From an uncultured Coriobacteriaceae bacterium (GTDB taxonomy: Bacteria > Actinomycetota > Coriobacteriia > Coriobacteriales > QAMH01): a DNA stretch of 64,000 nt. Position numbers and translations under genes: made by a program. The stretch is taken from positions 3,288 through 67,287 of the forward strand of contig CAYSZR010000001.1 of the NCBI GenBank assembly GCA_964435565.1. Direction: 5' to 3'. Below are positions 48,202 through 56,737 of this stretch, one piece after another; position 1 is the first letter of the stretch, and every line of letters starts with the position of its first letter. The notes beneath the pieces are model-generated. The model saw only the letters and a list, made by a program, of their open reading frames with translations, made no database searches and was not told where the DNA came from.

Positions 48202-49866
48202 TTACTCTTCTCCTTTATGACGAACCGGTGCACCCAGAGCGGTGATGACACATAAAACAACGCAAGCGAGCACTGTCGATACAGTCCATGTGATATTTGG
48301 GGCTGTCCAGATGCCCATAACAAGCCACATGGAAAAACACTTTGCCGCAAGCAAGATGCATGCCGCAAGAATCGATCCAAGAACAGATAATAAACGAGTC
48401 TCGCGCGCGCAGAACAACGACATCAAAATTGCGGACAAAACCCAAGCTATCATGATAGTCCAGGTTTGCACGCTTGTAACGATGCCAAGTGGTGATTCCA
48501 CACTTGTAATACTAATAGGCACAAGCATGAGTGCAACCTGAACCATCGCCGCGCCAAGCGCGCGCTTGGGTGGCAGGCAAAAACCAGCAATCATGGGCGC
48601 AAACGGGGTAAAGGCGAATATTTCAAGCGGCGCGACGATAAGTGCGCAATTGGCATCTGTGGTTCCTTCTTTTCCAAAGAGGGCAACCCATATTATGGCG
48701 GCAGCTAAGAGAATGGCTCCAATCAGAGGCGAGGCGCCCGGATTGGCAAGTACCGAGATCGCGCACACCACCAGTGCTATGAAAGTGCCGAAAGGCGGTT
48801 TGACGGCACCGGCCAATGCGGGCAGCAGTGCAATAAGGGCTGCGGTTGTGGCAGAAACGCCAGGTATCCCGGGCAAAACGGAAGCCGCAACCCACCAGCA
48901 TAATCCGGCCGATGCAGCACGTCCTGCGAACTTGACGAGCCATGTGGGTATGCGACCCCACAGCTCAGCGTCAAGACTTGCGTCTTGTTCCTCTTCATCT
49001 TCGTATTCTTCTGCAGAGGCAATTTCATGTAGACGCTTTGCGCCTTGGGCTGGGTTTCCAAGGTAGGGTATGAGTGCATCGAGAAAAGAATCGACATCGT
49101 CATAGCGATCTTCACGTCGCGGAGAAAGTGCAGCAAAGAGAACGCTGTCTATTCCAGGTTCAAGATCACCGCGCAGGTCAGAGGGAGCGGGTATAGTTGA
49201 TTTCTCGATGAGTTTTGTGCTCGCGTCAAGCGATTTTGCTGCAAAGGGGCATGCGCCGACAAGAATTTCATAAGCAACGACTGCAAAGGAGAATTCGTCG
49301 CATCGTTCGTCTAGGGCTTCGTGGTGCATTTGTTCGGGGGGCATGTAACCGATTGTGCCACCGCTGGCTTCGCCAAAACCGGCGGCGCCGGCGAGCTCCG
49401 CGACGCCAAAATCGCTGACTTTGCAGGCTCCGCTGCGCGTGATGAGAATATTATCCGGTTTTATATCAAGATGCAGGACCTGGTTTTCGTGTGCAAAGCA
49501 TATGGCGTCTCCGACTGCTGCAAGAATTGCCGCTGCGATATCGAGATCGAAGGTCGCCGGCGGGGTTTCGCGTATGAGTTGCGAGAGGGCCGGGCCTTCT
49601 ATAGCCTCCATGATGAGAAAAGCTTCGGTTTCAGTGGCATCGAAATCATAGACGCTTACGATGGAGGGCCGATTGAGCATTGCCCCTGTACGTGCTTCTG
49701 CCAGGCCAGGGACGGCTCCGCTTGAGTCGACGGCTGAAATGGGCATGCGCTTGATGGCCACGCGTCTTTGAATACGCGTGTCCCAGCACAGTTCAACCGT
49801 GCCACTTCCGCCTTCGCCCTTGATTTCTATGGGACGATAACGGTCCAGAATCAACGGACCTTGCAC
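48202..49866 (-). CDS. Ser/Thr protein kinase with polytopic (about 8 TM) C-terminal membrane domain
   Basis: Kinase motifs GEGGSGTV, VAIKRM, HLDIKPDNILI, DFGVA, PPEQ in residues 1-280. The roughly 250 residues after position 300 are almost entirely hydrophobic helices. GTG start after AAGAGG. Confidence 0.8.
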   Translation of the reverse strand: MQGPLILDRYRPIEIKGEGGSGTVELCWDTRIQRRVAIKRMPISAVDSSGAVPGLAEARTGAMLNRPSIVSVYDFDATETEAFLIMEAIEGPALSQLIRETPPATFDLDIAAAILAAVGDAICFAHENQVLHLDIKPDNILITRSGACKVSDFGVAELAGAAGFGEASGGTIGYMPPEQMHHEALDERCDEFSFAVVAYEILVGACPFAAKSLDASTKLIEKSTIPAPSDLRGDLEPGIDSVLFAALSPRREDRYDDVDSFLDALIPYLGNPAQGAKRLHEIASAEEYEDEEEQDASLDAELWGRIPTWLVKFAGRAASAGLCWWVAASVLPGIPGVSATTAALIALLPALAGAVKPPFGTFIALVVCAISVLANPGASPLIGAILLAAAIIWVALFGKEGTTDANCALIVAPLEIFAFTPFAPMIAGFCLPPKRALGAAMVQVALMLVPISITSVESPLGIVTSVQTWTIMIAWVLSAILMSLFCARETRLLSVLGSILAACILLAAKCFSMWLVMGIWTAPNITWTVSTVLACVVLCVITALGAPVRHKGEE

Positions 49867-49915
49867 CCAAGCCTCTTTTCATATTTGCGCTACGTTTGTT
49901 AGATGCCTATAAGAC

Positions 49916-49944
49916 ATTATAGATAAACGACAGATAAGGTTTAA
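49916..49944 (-). promoter_or_regulatory. Candidate promoter of the kinase-fhaA-fhaB-pstP-SEDS/PBP operon
   Basis: The minus strand reads TTAAAC, a 17-nt spacer, then TATAAT, about 45 nt upstream of the GTG start. Confidence 0.4.
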
Positions 49945-49954
49945 CCGCAATGAT

Positions 49955-49983
49955 TAAAAAAGGTCGGCTCGAAAGAGCCGACC
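49955..49983 (-). terminator. Rho-independent terminator of tRNA-Leu
   Basis: The minus strand reads GGTCGGCTC-TTTC-GAGCCGACC followed by TTTTTTAAT. Confidence 0.7.
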
Positions 49984-49995
49984 CAGATGTGCTGT

Positions 49996-50081
49996 TGGTG
50001 CGGGCGAGAGGAGTTGAACCTCCACGGGCTAATGCCCACATGGACCTGAACCATGCGCGTCTGCCATTCCGCCACGCCCGC
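49996..50081 (-). tRNA. tRNA-Leu (anticodon CAG), class II
   Basis: The reverse complement reads GCGGGCGTGGCGGAATGGCAGACGCGCATGGTTCAGGTCCATG... The anticodon loop is TTCAGGT, there is a long variable arm, the T-loop is GGAGGTTCAACTCCTCT, and CCA is encoded. Confidence 0.92.
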
Positions 50082-50265
50082 ATGCTGCGCTTTCGCGCGA
50101 GAACGTATACTAGCACAAAAGGTCATACAGGGACAGAACGAAAATCAAAAGCCTCCCGTTTGCTTGCGCTGTGGAATGGAAATGCTTGATCGTCCATGAA
50201 ACAGTGCGAGAAAAACAGAGTGTTTTCATATAGAGGGAGCTTTCTGCAGTCATATTCTGATACGA

Positions 50266-50329
50266 CTCGTGCCAGTTTCACCACTGCTCGTGCCAGCACT
50301 CTTGTTCGGCGCAATTTGGCAAACTAGTC
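50266..50329 (+). promoter_or_regulatory. Exact 10-bp direct repeat (21-bp spacing) abutting a candidate promoter of the lipoprotein gene; LytTR-type operator candidate
   Basis: CTCGTGCCAG occurs at 50266-50275 and again at 50287-50296. Then come TTGTTC (50302-50307), 17 nt, and TAGTCT (50325-50330). Confidence 0.35.
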
Positions 50330-50387
50330 TATGACTGATTGCGCAGGCGCTAAAGAGGAATGTGCCTGCATCGCACAAGGAGGAGAT

Positions 50388-50957
50388 ATGCAACGTGTAA
50401 AAACCAAGAAGATGCTCATCGTCTTTGCCGCAGCCCTTGCTGTAGTGGCGATGCTTGCCCTTGCGGCTTGTGGCGGCGGCTCAAGCAGCTCAAGCGCCAA
50501 GGCAAGTTCAGCGAGTTCTAGCGCGGCGGCTTCGACGAGTGCGTCGGCATCTGCCAGCGCTAAAACCAGCAGCAGTGGCGACGTTTTCGATCAGGCCATC
50601 GCCAAGATGACCGAGTATTACATGGGTGTAACCGAAGCTGGCGAGACCGTTTACTATGCAGGCAATGACACCGAGGCTATTCTTTGCTTTCTGGACCCGG
50701 CTTCTGCCAAGAGTGCAAGCTTTGTCGGCTCTGTTACCAGTGCAGGTACCGATTCTGCAGGTGCGCCTATGCTGACTGTAACCGACAGCACCACGGGCAA
50801 CACGCTGACTTTCAGTGTTGCGCAGGGCACTGATGGCACGGTCGTTCTTGATATGGGCAGCAGCCTGGGCAAGGCAACCATCGCCGCTTGTACTGCCGAT
50901 GAGATTGCTACTGCGTTCAAGCAGATCAACGCGGGTGCAACCGAAGTCAATAAGTAA
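50388..50957 (+). CDS. Lipoprotein of unknown function
   Basis: Signal peptide with lipobox MLALAACGGG, a Ser/Ala-rich linker, and a roughly 120-aa domain. Start at ATG 50388 after AAGGAGGAG. Confidence 0.65.
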   Translation: MQRVKTKKMLIVFAAALAVVAMLALAACGGGSSSSSAKASSASSSAAASTSASASASAKTSSSGDVFDQAIAKMTEYYMGVTEAGETVYYAGNDTEAILCFLDPASAKSASFVGSVTSAGTDSAGAPMLTVTDSTTGNTLTFSVAQGTDGTVVLDMGSSLGKATIAACTADEIATAFKQINAGATEVNK

Positions 50958-51030
50958 GATTCGCTGTCATCTTTGGTGATGCGAATTATTATCTAGTTAG
51001 GGCCGGTCATGACGAAAAGCGTGATCGGCC

Positions 51031-52396
51031 CTAACTGTTTCGAGGCGAAGCGAGCATTACCGATGCGCGAAATACGCCTTCGTCGCATTCGAAACGGGCT
51101 ATTCCGCCATGTTTTTCTGCAATAGCGCGCACTGATTCGGTGCCGATGCCGACTGCATCTCGCTTGCTCGACATGATCGATCCATCGTCGAGAAATATCG
51201 GATTATCCAAGCACGTGTTGTCGATGGTAATCACAAAAGGCAGAAACGAACTATATGTTGTGCGCATTCGCAACTTCAGCTGCTTTGGATCTGCGCCTGA
51301 TTTGATCGAACGACTTAGCTCGTCAAGAGCGTTTTCCATGAGATTGCCAAACAGCGCTGTCAAATCGGCACTTGGGTAGGAAATATTCGCGGGGACATTT
51401 ATGCGGATATCGGGGTTGATACCGATTTGCCTGGCAAGGTCACAGTAATAGAGCACGACTATATTTACAGCAGTATTTTCGCAGTACACGAGCGCTTCTG
51501 TATCGGGTGCTTCCTCGAGAAGCTTTCCTGCGTATTCTCTAAATCCTTCTAAATCATCTCTTTTTGCAAAATCGTTGAGGACTTGGATGAACTGTCGATT
51601 GTCATGATTGGCTCGACGGGCGGCTGCGATGTGGTCGTCAAGGTGCTCTATAAACATCGTTTGAACGGACCTGCGCCGTATTCGTTCGATTTCGACGATG
51701 TTCTTGTCCGCCGAGTACATGAGATTCGCGACTATGACATAGAACAGAACGATAATCACGAATAGCGCGACAAGAATAACCCCGTAAGCCTCGCCTACGC
51801 GCGCGAAGAGCAGCGTTAGGGTTTGCTGCGGTCTGATGTAGAGAAGCGTTACGCAAACGACCGTGGGTGAAATCCACGCGATATTCCAAAACGAGCGTTT
51901 CTCGCTCGATGCTGCGCGGCTTTCAAGCAGATGCGGGAGCAGATGACGCGCTGGCCACTGGAGCAGCAGCACGAATAAGATTGAAAGCCCCCCATTGAAC
52001 TTCCATACCGGGCCAGGCAAGAAAGACGCTGGAAAGCGTATCGCCCACGACTATGGCATCGACGAGGACCGCCCATGATGCGATATATACGCTGACAACG
52101 AAGGCGCTGGCGCAGATGAAGATAGTTCGTGCCCAGTCAAACTTTGCGAAATGTTTGTATGCGATAACGCAGGCTATGGCAACGGGGATGTCGACATGAT
52201 TGCCGGGCAGGCCGATTCTGGCGCACAGGCAACCGAGTAGGACGGATAATGCAACGACGACGCATGCGCCTATGATAATTTGACGTGCAGTCATGCCGCG
52301 CATGTCCATAAGTGGCATGACTGCAAGCAGGTAAGGCACCAGAAAAAGGAGCTGTTCGGAGATAGCGAACAGATATTCGACGGGAAATGGCTGCAC
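51031..52396 (-). pseudogene. GHKL/AgrC-type sensor histidine kinase interrupted by a +1 frameshift in a G6 run
   Basis: The N-terminal polytopic part (52396-51923) and the C-terminal part (52020-51031) lie in frames offset by one. The C-terminal part has a further TM region, H-box-like HDNRQF, N-box FGNLMENALDE and G-box GIGTESV. Removing one G from the run at 51988-51993 gives ...EVQWGLSILFVLLL... in one frame. The span is 1366 nt, which is 3n+1. Confidence 0.6.
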
Positions 52397-52397
52397 G

Positions 52398-53111
52398 CTA
52401 GCTGTTCCTTGCCTGGGCAAAGACGTGATCGAGCCAGGCTTTGCGAATAGTTGGGAGACTATCTCTGCTGATAGGCACCCTGTCTCCGTTTATAAGCACG
52501 AGATTGTATCCATCGATTTCGGATACCAAGTCGAGATTTGCCAAATAGCCACGCGCGGATGCGACAAAATTCCCATGCATGCAAAGAGCCTCTTGTGCAC
52601 TGCGAAGGGTTCCGCGAACACGTCGCGACCCCTGTTTGGCGTGCAACTCGATATAGTGTCCGTCGGCGCGACACCAGATGATATCTCGAATAGGTATGTC
52701 AAGTTCAACGCCTGCAATGCGCACAAGCGGCGCAGGCAAGGAAACACCATCAAGAGCTGACATAAGCTGCTCTGCGGAAAAAGGCTTTACTAGATACGCA
52801 ACCGCCTGAACCGAGTACCCCTCAACAGCGAAGTCCGAGCTGGTGGTTGTAAAAATCACGGGCGTGCTGTCTCCAGCATCACGTATATGCCGGGCAAGAT
52901 CCATGCCTGTCGTAGCATTTTCGTCTTTGGAGAGAATGCAGTCGAGTAGCACGAGCGAGAATTGATTGGGGGACCACGCCTCAAGAAAAGCGCCTGCTGA
53001 GGAAAAGCCCTGAACAGTGCCGACAAGATGACGGGAATCAAGCCAGTCAGCTGCAACCCCAGCGGTTTGCGCGCATATCTTCGGATCGTCTTCTACAACA
53101 GCGATACGCAC
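52398..53111 (-). CDS. LytTR-family response regulator
   Basis: Receiver domain (MRIAVVEDD...LVLLDCIL...TTTS...K) plus a LytTR domain (YIELH...RGTLRSAQE). Its stop lies 1 nt before the GTG start of the kinase. Confidence 0.85.
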   Translation of the reverse strand: MRIAVVEDDPKICAQTAGVAADWLDSRHLVGTVQGFSSAGAFLEAWSPNQFSLVLLDCILSKDENATTGMDLARHIRDAGDSTPVIFTTTSSDFAVEGYSVQAVAYLVKPFSAEQLMSALDGVSLPAPLVRIAGVELDIPIRDIIWCRADGHYIELHAKQGSRRVRGTLRSAQEALCMHGNFVASARGYLANLDLVSEIDGYNLVLINGDRVPISRDSLPTIRKAWLDHVFAQARNS

Positions 53112-53202
53112 GAATTCCTCACTTTCGGATGGGCCGCTGTCAGTTTGGGTGATGGGAATCCAGCCTTTCTTACTGCCTGCCCGCTCGTCAGGTAACGGAT
53201 GG

Positions 53203-53517
53203 CTAACCTTCGATGCGCACGGCGGTGCCGTAAGCGGTGATTTCTATGGTCCCTTCCATAACGGTATCTTGGCAATAGCGCATGCAATATATGGCATTGG
53301 CTCCCATTGCCTGTGCTTCCGCGCACATACGCTCTTCGGCAGTGTCGCGCGCTTCGCTCGTCATCTGCGTGTAGCTTTTGATTTCTCCGCCGGCTATTGA
53401 TTTCAAGCCTGCCATCATATCGCGACCGATGTGCTTGGAGAAAACGAGGTTGCCTCGTACCATTCCCAGAATCTGAGCATTTACATTGGCTGGAACATCG
53501 CATGTCGAGATAAGCAT
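53203..53517 (-). CDS. YbjQ/UPF0145 family protein
   Basis: 104 aa. GMVRGN.V.SKHIGRD..AGLKSIAGGEI.SYT.M...R..A..RM...A.A.GANAI is typical of YbjQ_1. Confidence 0.8.
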   Translation of the reverse strand: MLISTCDVPANVNAQILGMVRGNLVFSKHIGRDMMAGLKSIAGGEIKSYTQMTSEARDTAEERMCAEAQAMGANAIYCMRYCQDTVMEGTIEITAYGTAVRIEG

Positions 53518-53807
53518 CTTGGTTCTCCTTTGCTGCCTGTGGTTTTACCGCACATGCATTCATTATAAATTCTCTGCTTGTACCTTGCTGCCAGAAACCC
53601 AAGACAATGATGATTGTTCGCTCGTGAAGAGTTTTGCTCGATTGGAGCTTCTCTTTAATAACCTGAATAATTCGACCTTGTGAAATCGCGAAAAGGGGAA
53701 TCTCCCGTTTCCAATTGTGGTGAAATTGTGAATGCGTCGTGCTAAAATTAGCGTGTCAGTAATTTTTGGGGAAATGTTCTATTGGGTAGCGAACAAGGAG
53801 GTTCATC

Positions 53808-54307
53808 ATGAGCAGCTCTACGACTGTGGCATTGACCAATGCTCAGGCAGAAAGCTTGGTCACTCTTATTCTCGCATCTCTTGCACTGGTGGTTGTACTT
53901 TCGCTTGCTTTTTACGTCCTGCATGTCATTGCGTACTGGAAGATGTTCACAAAGGCGGGGAAAAGGGCTGGAAGTCAATTATTCCCATCTATAACATGTA
54001 CATTGCGTTCAAAATTGCGTGGAAAGACGGGAAAGCCTTCTGGATTTATCTCATCGCCACGTTCGCGACTGGTATCGTGTCTAGCTTTGTTGTCAACGCC
54101 GATGGATCGTCGAATATTATTGCCGCTCTCCTGGCTACGGTTGTTAGCATCGTTGCTTTGGTTTGGGCAATTCGTTTTTCCATTAAGCAAGCTCATGCGT
54201 ACAGCAAAGGAACGGGTTGCGGCATCTTGGCAATATTCTTTCCCAATATTATGACGCTCTATTACGCTTTCGCATCGTCTGCTGTTTATGCAGGGCCGCA
54301 AGACTAA
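53808..54307 (+). pseudogene. DUF5684-family small membrane protein interrupted by a -1 frameshift in a G4A4 run
   Basis: Frame A reads MSSST...HVIAYWKMFTKAG. Frame B continues EKGWKSIIPIYNMYIAFKIAWKDGKAFWIYL... Together they match the family signature YWK.F.KAG..GW..IIPIYN. One extra G at 53957-53960 restores a single frame. The span is 500 nt, which is 3n+2. Confidence 0.6.
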
Positions 54308-54339
54308 AAGTTCTACTGATCGCCTGTTCTCAGATGATC

Positions 54340-54383
54340 AGAGGGCCGAACCGGAATTTTATCCTGGTTCGGCCCTCTTTTTG
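54340..54383. terminator. Bidirectional terminator between DUF5684 gene and ppx
   Basis: AGAGGGCCGAACCGG ... CCTGGTTCGGCCCTCT inverted repeat followed by TTTTTGTT. Confidence 0.75.
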
Positions 54384-54396
54384 TTCTCTATGTGCT

Positions 54397-55308
54397 CTAA
54401 GAGTGTGTATATAAAAGCCCTTCGCGAATGCTCGTATCGGCTACTGCTATAGCTTGTATATTAAAAAAGCGGGCGAGTTCTTGGATGATAAGTTCTCCAG
54501 GTACGATTGTGTGGATGCGATCGGGGCACGTCTTGAGAATAAGATCTCTGCTTGCTTTTTTGTCACTGCAGACATAGTCGACTATTGAATCAATTTCACT
54601 TTGAGCGAAATACGACCTGTCGTCACACGTTCTTTTTCTTAGAAGCTTGCCCATCGCGCGTGCAGAGCCGCCTATGCAGTACATTGTTTTTGTCTCGGGC
54701 CAGTTCGCGGCCGCGCTGCGTTCGATTTCATTTCTTACGTGCTCTTGAATCCGTTTACGTTCTTTCGACGTGGGCAATATGCCGCTTACGTGCCGTTTAA
54801 AAAGTCCGAGGGAACCAATACTCAGGCTCAATGCGTCTAAAGCAAAATCACGTTCGAACAAAACAATCTCGGTTGAGCCACCGCCTATATCCGCGACTAT
54901 CCCGCAATCTGACGAAATGATATTTTTAATTCCTTCATATGCAAGCAACGCTTCCTCCTGTTTCGAGAGAAGTGAAATCGGAAGATTTGTTGCTTGCCGA
55001 AGTTGCGCCAACGCATTTGCACTGTTGTGAATATCGCGAAGCGATGCTGTGGCAAATATGCGTTCTTCTTTTATGCCAAGACGGACGCTGATAGCGTGCA
55101 AATTTGTGAGCGCCCAGATTGCAACATCGATTCCCTCATCTGACATGATGCCGTTTTCAATATAGGCGGCAAGTCCCGCCATGATTTTTTTTGAAAGAAG
55201 CGGCGAGGTACGCGTATGACCGTTTCTGTCGGCGGTTTTGCTCTGGTCATATATGCTGAGTCGTATGCTGTTGCTCCCTATATCGATAATCGATATTAGA
55301 TCGTCCAT
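54397..55308 (-). CDS. ppx: Ppx/GppA-family phosphatase (short form)
   Basis: IIDIGSNSIRLSIY, DIGGGSTE and ASKHA-fold motifs. It is the last gene of the pst-phoU operon. Confidence 0.8.
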   Translation of the reverse strand: MDDLISIIDIGSNSIRLSIYDQSKTADRNGHTRTSPLLSKKIMAGLAAYIENGIMSDEGIDVAIWALTNLHAISVRLGIKEERIFATASLRDIHNSANALAQLRQATNLPISLLSKQEEALLAYEGIKNIISSDCGIVADIGGGSTEIVLFERDFALDALSLSIGSLGLFKRHVSGILPTSKERKRIQEHVRNEIERSAAANWPETKTMYCIGGSARAMGKLLRKRTCDDRSYFAQSEIDSIVDYVCSDKKASRDLILKTCPDRIHTIVPGELIIQELARFFNIQAIAVADTSIREGLLYTHS

Positions 55309-55319
55309 GTTGGCCTCGT

Positions 55320-55970
55320 TTATTTCATGGTCTTGTCGCTAACAAGATATTCGGTCCATGAAGAAAGGCTTTCGGCGTGGTCTCCTATCCGTTCAAGGTA
55401 TTTCGCGATCATAAGAAGATCAACGCCATTTTCTGCATCTATTTCGCGATTGAATATCCTGGCGATCGTTTCTTCGCGTAAATCGACCAAGAACGCGTCG
55501 AGCTCATCGTCTTCGGATGCTGCCGTCCGGGCCTTTTCAACGTCATGTTCCAAGTACGATTCAATAGCGGTGATGACCATGTGCTTTGTCGCTTGAGACA
55601 TTGTCGCAAGCTTTTCATCGCGTGCGTCGCAGAAGCTCTCGCCCATAAGATCTGCCACACGGCACACCTCAAGCGACAGTTCCCCGATGCGTCTAAAATC
55701 AGTCACGGACTTAAGGGCGCCTGAAACATCGCGCAGGTCGCTTGCCACCGGTTGCTGGCACAAGAGGATTCGCAGACACTGCGTCTCAATGTTGCGCTCG
55801 TGTTGGCTCAAGTCAGATTCGTATGTGCGAAACGGCCAAGTCGAATCAATCGTTCCGCGGGTAACGATATCGCACGCATGCGTCATGCACATCCGCGCAA
55901 TATGCGCTATGCCGTGCATTTCATTGGTAAGGTCATTTAATTGCTTTTCAAATGCGGGGCGTGGGCTCAT
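55320..55970 (-). CDS. phoU: Phosphate signalling complex protein PhoU
   Basis: Two PhoU repeats. The C-terminal motif is AKYLERIGDHAESL. Confidence 0.88.
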   Translation of the reverse strand: MSPRPAFEKQLNDLTNEMHGIAHIARMCMTHACDIVTRGTIDSTWPFRTYESDLSQHERNIETQCLRILLCQQPVASDLRDVSGALKSVTDFRRIGELSLEVCRVADLMGESFCDARDEKLATMSQATKHMVITAIESYLEHDVEKARTAASEDDELDAFLVDLREETIARIFNREIDAENGVDLLMIAKYLERIGDHAESLSSWTEYLVSDKTMK

Positions 55971-56737
55971 CAGCCAAACCTCCCAGTCAGATAGTCTTCA
56001 GTACGTCGGTCGCGTGGGCGGGAAAAAACCTGTTCGGTTCGATCCCATTCGATGCAATCGCCCAGTAGAAAATAGGCGGTATTTTTCGAAATGCGTGCAG
56101 CTTGCTCGATGTTGTGAGTGACGACGATGACACAAACGCCTTCACCGGAAATCTGAGCAATCGTGTTCTCTATTGCAAAGCTTGCAATAGGGTCGAGAGC
56201 GGAGCATGGTTCATCCATAAGAATTACGCGTGGTGTCATTGCAAGCGTGCGAGCAATGCAGAGTCTTTGCTGCTGGCCACCGGAAAGCGCCAGCGCATTT
56301 GTGTGTAGTTTGTCTTTCACTTCGTCCCAGAGTGCGGCTCGCTGTAGGGAGCCCTCGACGGCTTCGTCGATTTTGCCCTTGTCTTTTATCCCATGCCGGC
56401 GCAGCGCGAAGGCGATGTTTTCGTAGATGGACTTACGGAATGGGTTGGGTTTTTGAAAAACCATACCGATATGCCGGCGCAGCTCATAGATGTTTTCATT
56501 TTTTGTATTAATGTTATGTCCGTCGAAATGAACTTCCCCATCGATATGGCAGCGCGGTATTTCGCGGTTCATCAGGTTCAGGCAGCGTAGAAATGTTGAC
56601 TTCCCACAGCCCGATGGCCCAATGAGCGCTGTTATCTCCCCGACGTGAAATGCAAGATTTGTTTTTCTTAATGCGCCGCATGTGTCGTTATAGCGAACGC
56701 CCAAGTCTTTGGTGTATAGCAGCGCAGTGTCGTTCAT
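55970..56737 (-). CDS. pstB: Phosphate ABC transporter ATP-binding protein
   Basis: GPSGCGKSTFLRCLN, LSGGQQQRLCIAR, LMDEPCSALDP, and the C-terminal EDYLTGRFG typical of PstB. Confidence 0.93.
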   Translation of the reverse strand: MNDTALLYTKDLGVRYNDTCGALRKTNLAFHVGEITALIGPSGCGKSTFLRCLNLMNREIPRCHIDGEVHFDGHNINTKNENIYELRRHIGMVFQKPNPFRKSIYENIAFALRRHGIKDKGKIDEAVEGSLQRAALWDEVKDKLHTNALALSGGQQQRLCIARTLAMTPRVILMDEPCSALDPIASFAIENTIAQISGEGVCVIVVTHNIEQAARISKNTAYFLLGDCIEWDRTEQVFSRPRDRRTEDYLTGRFG

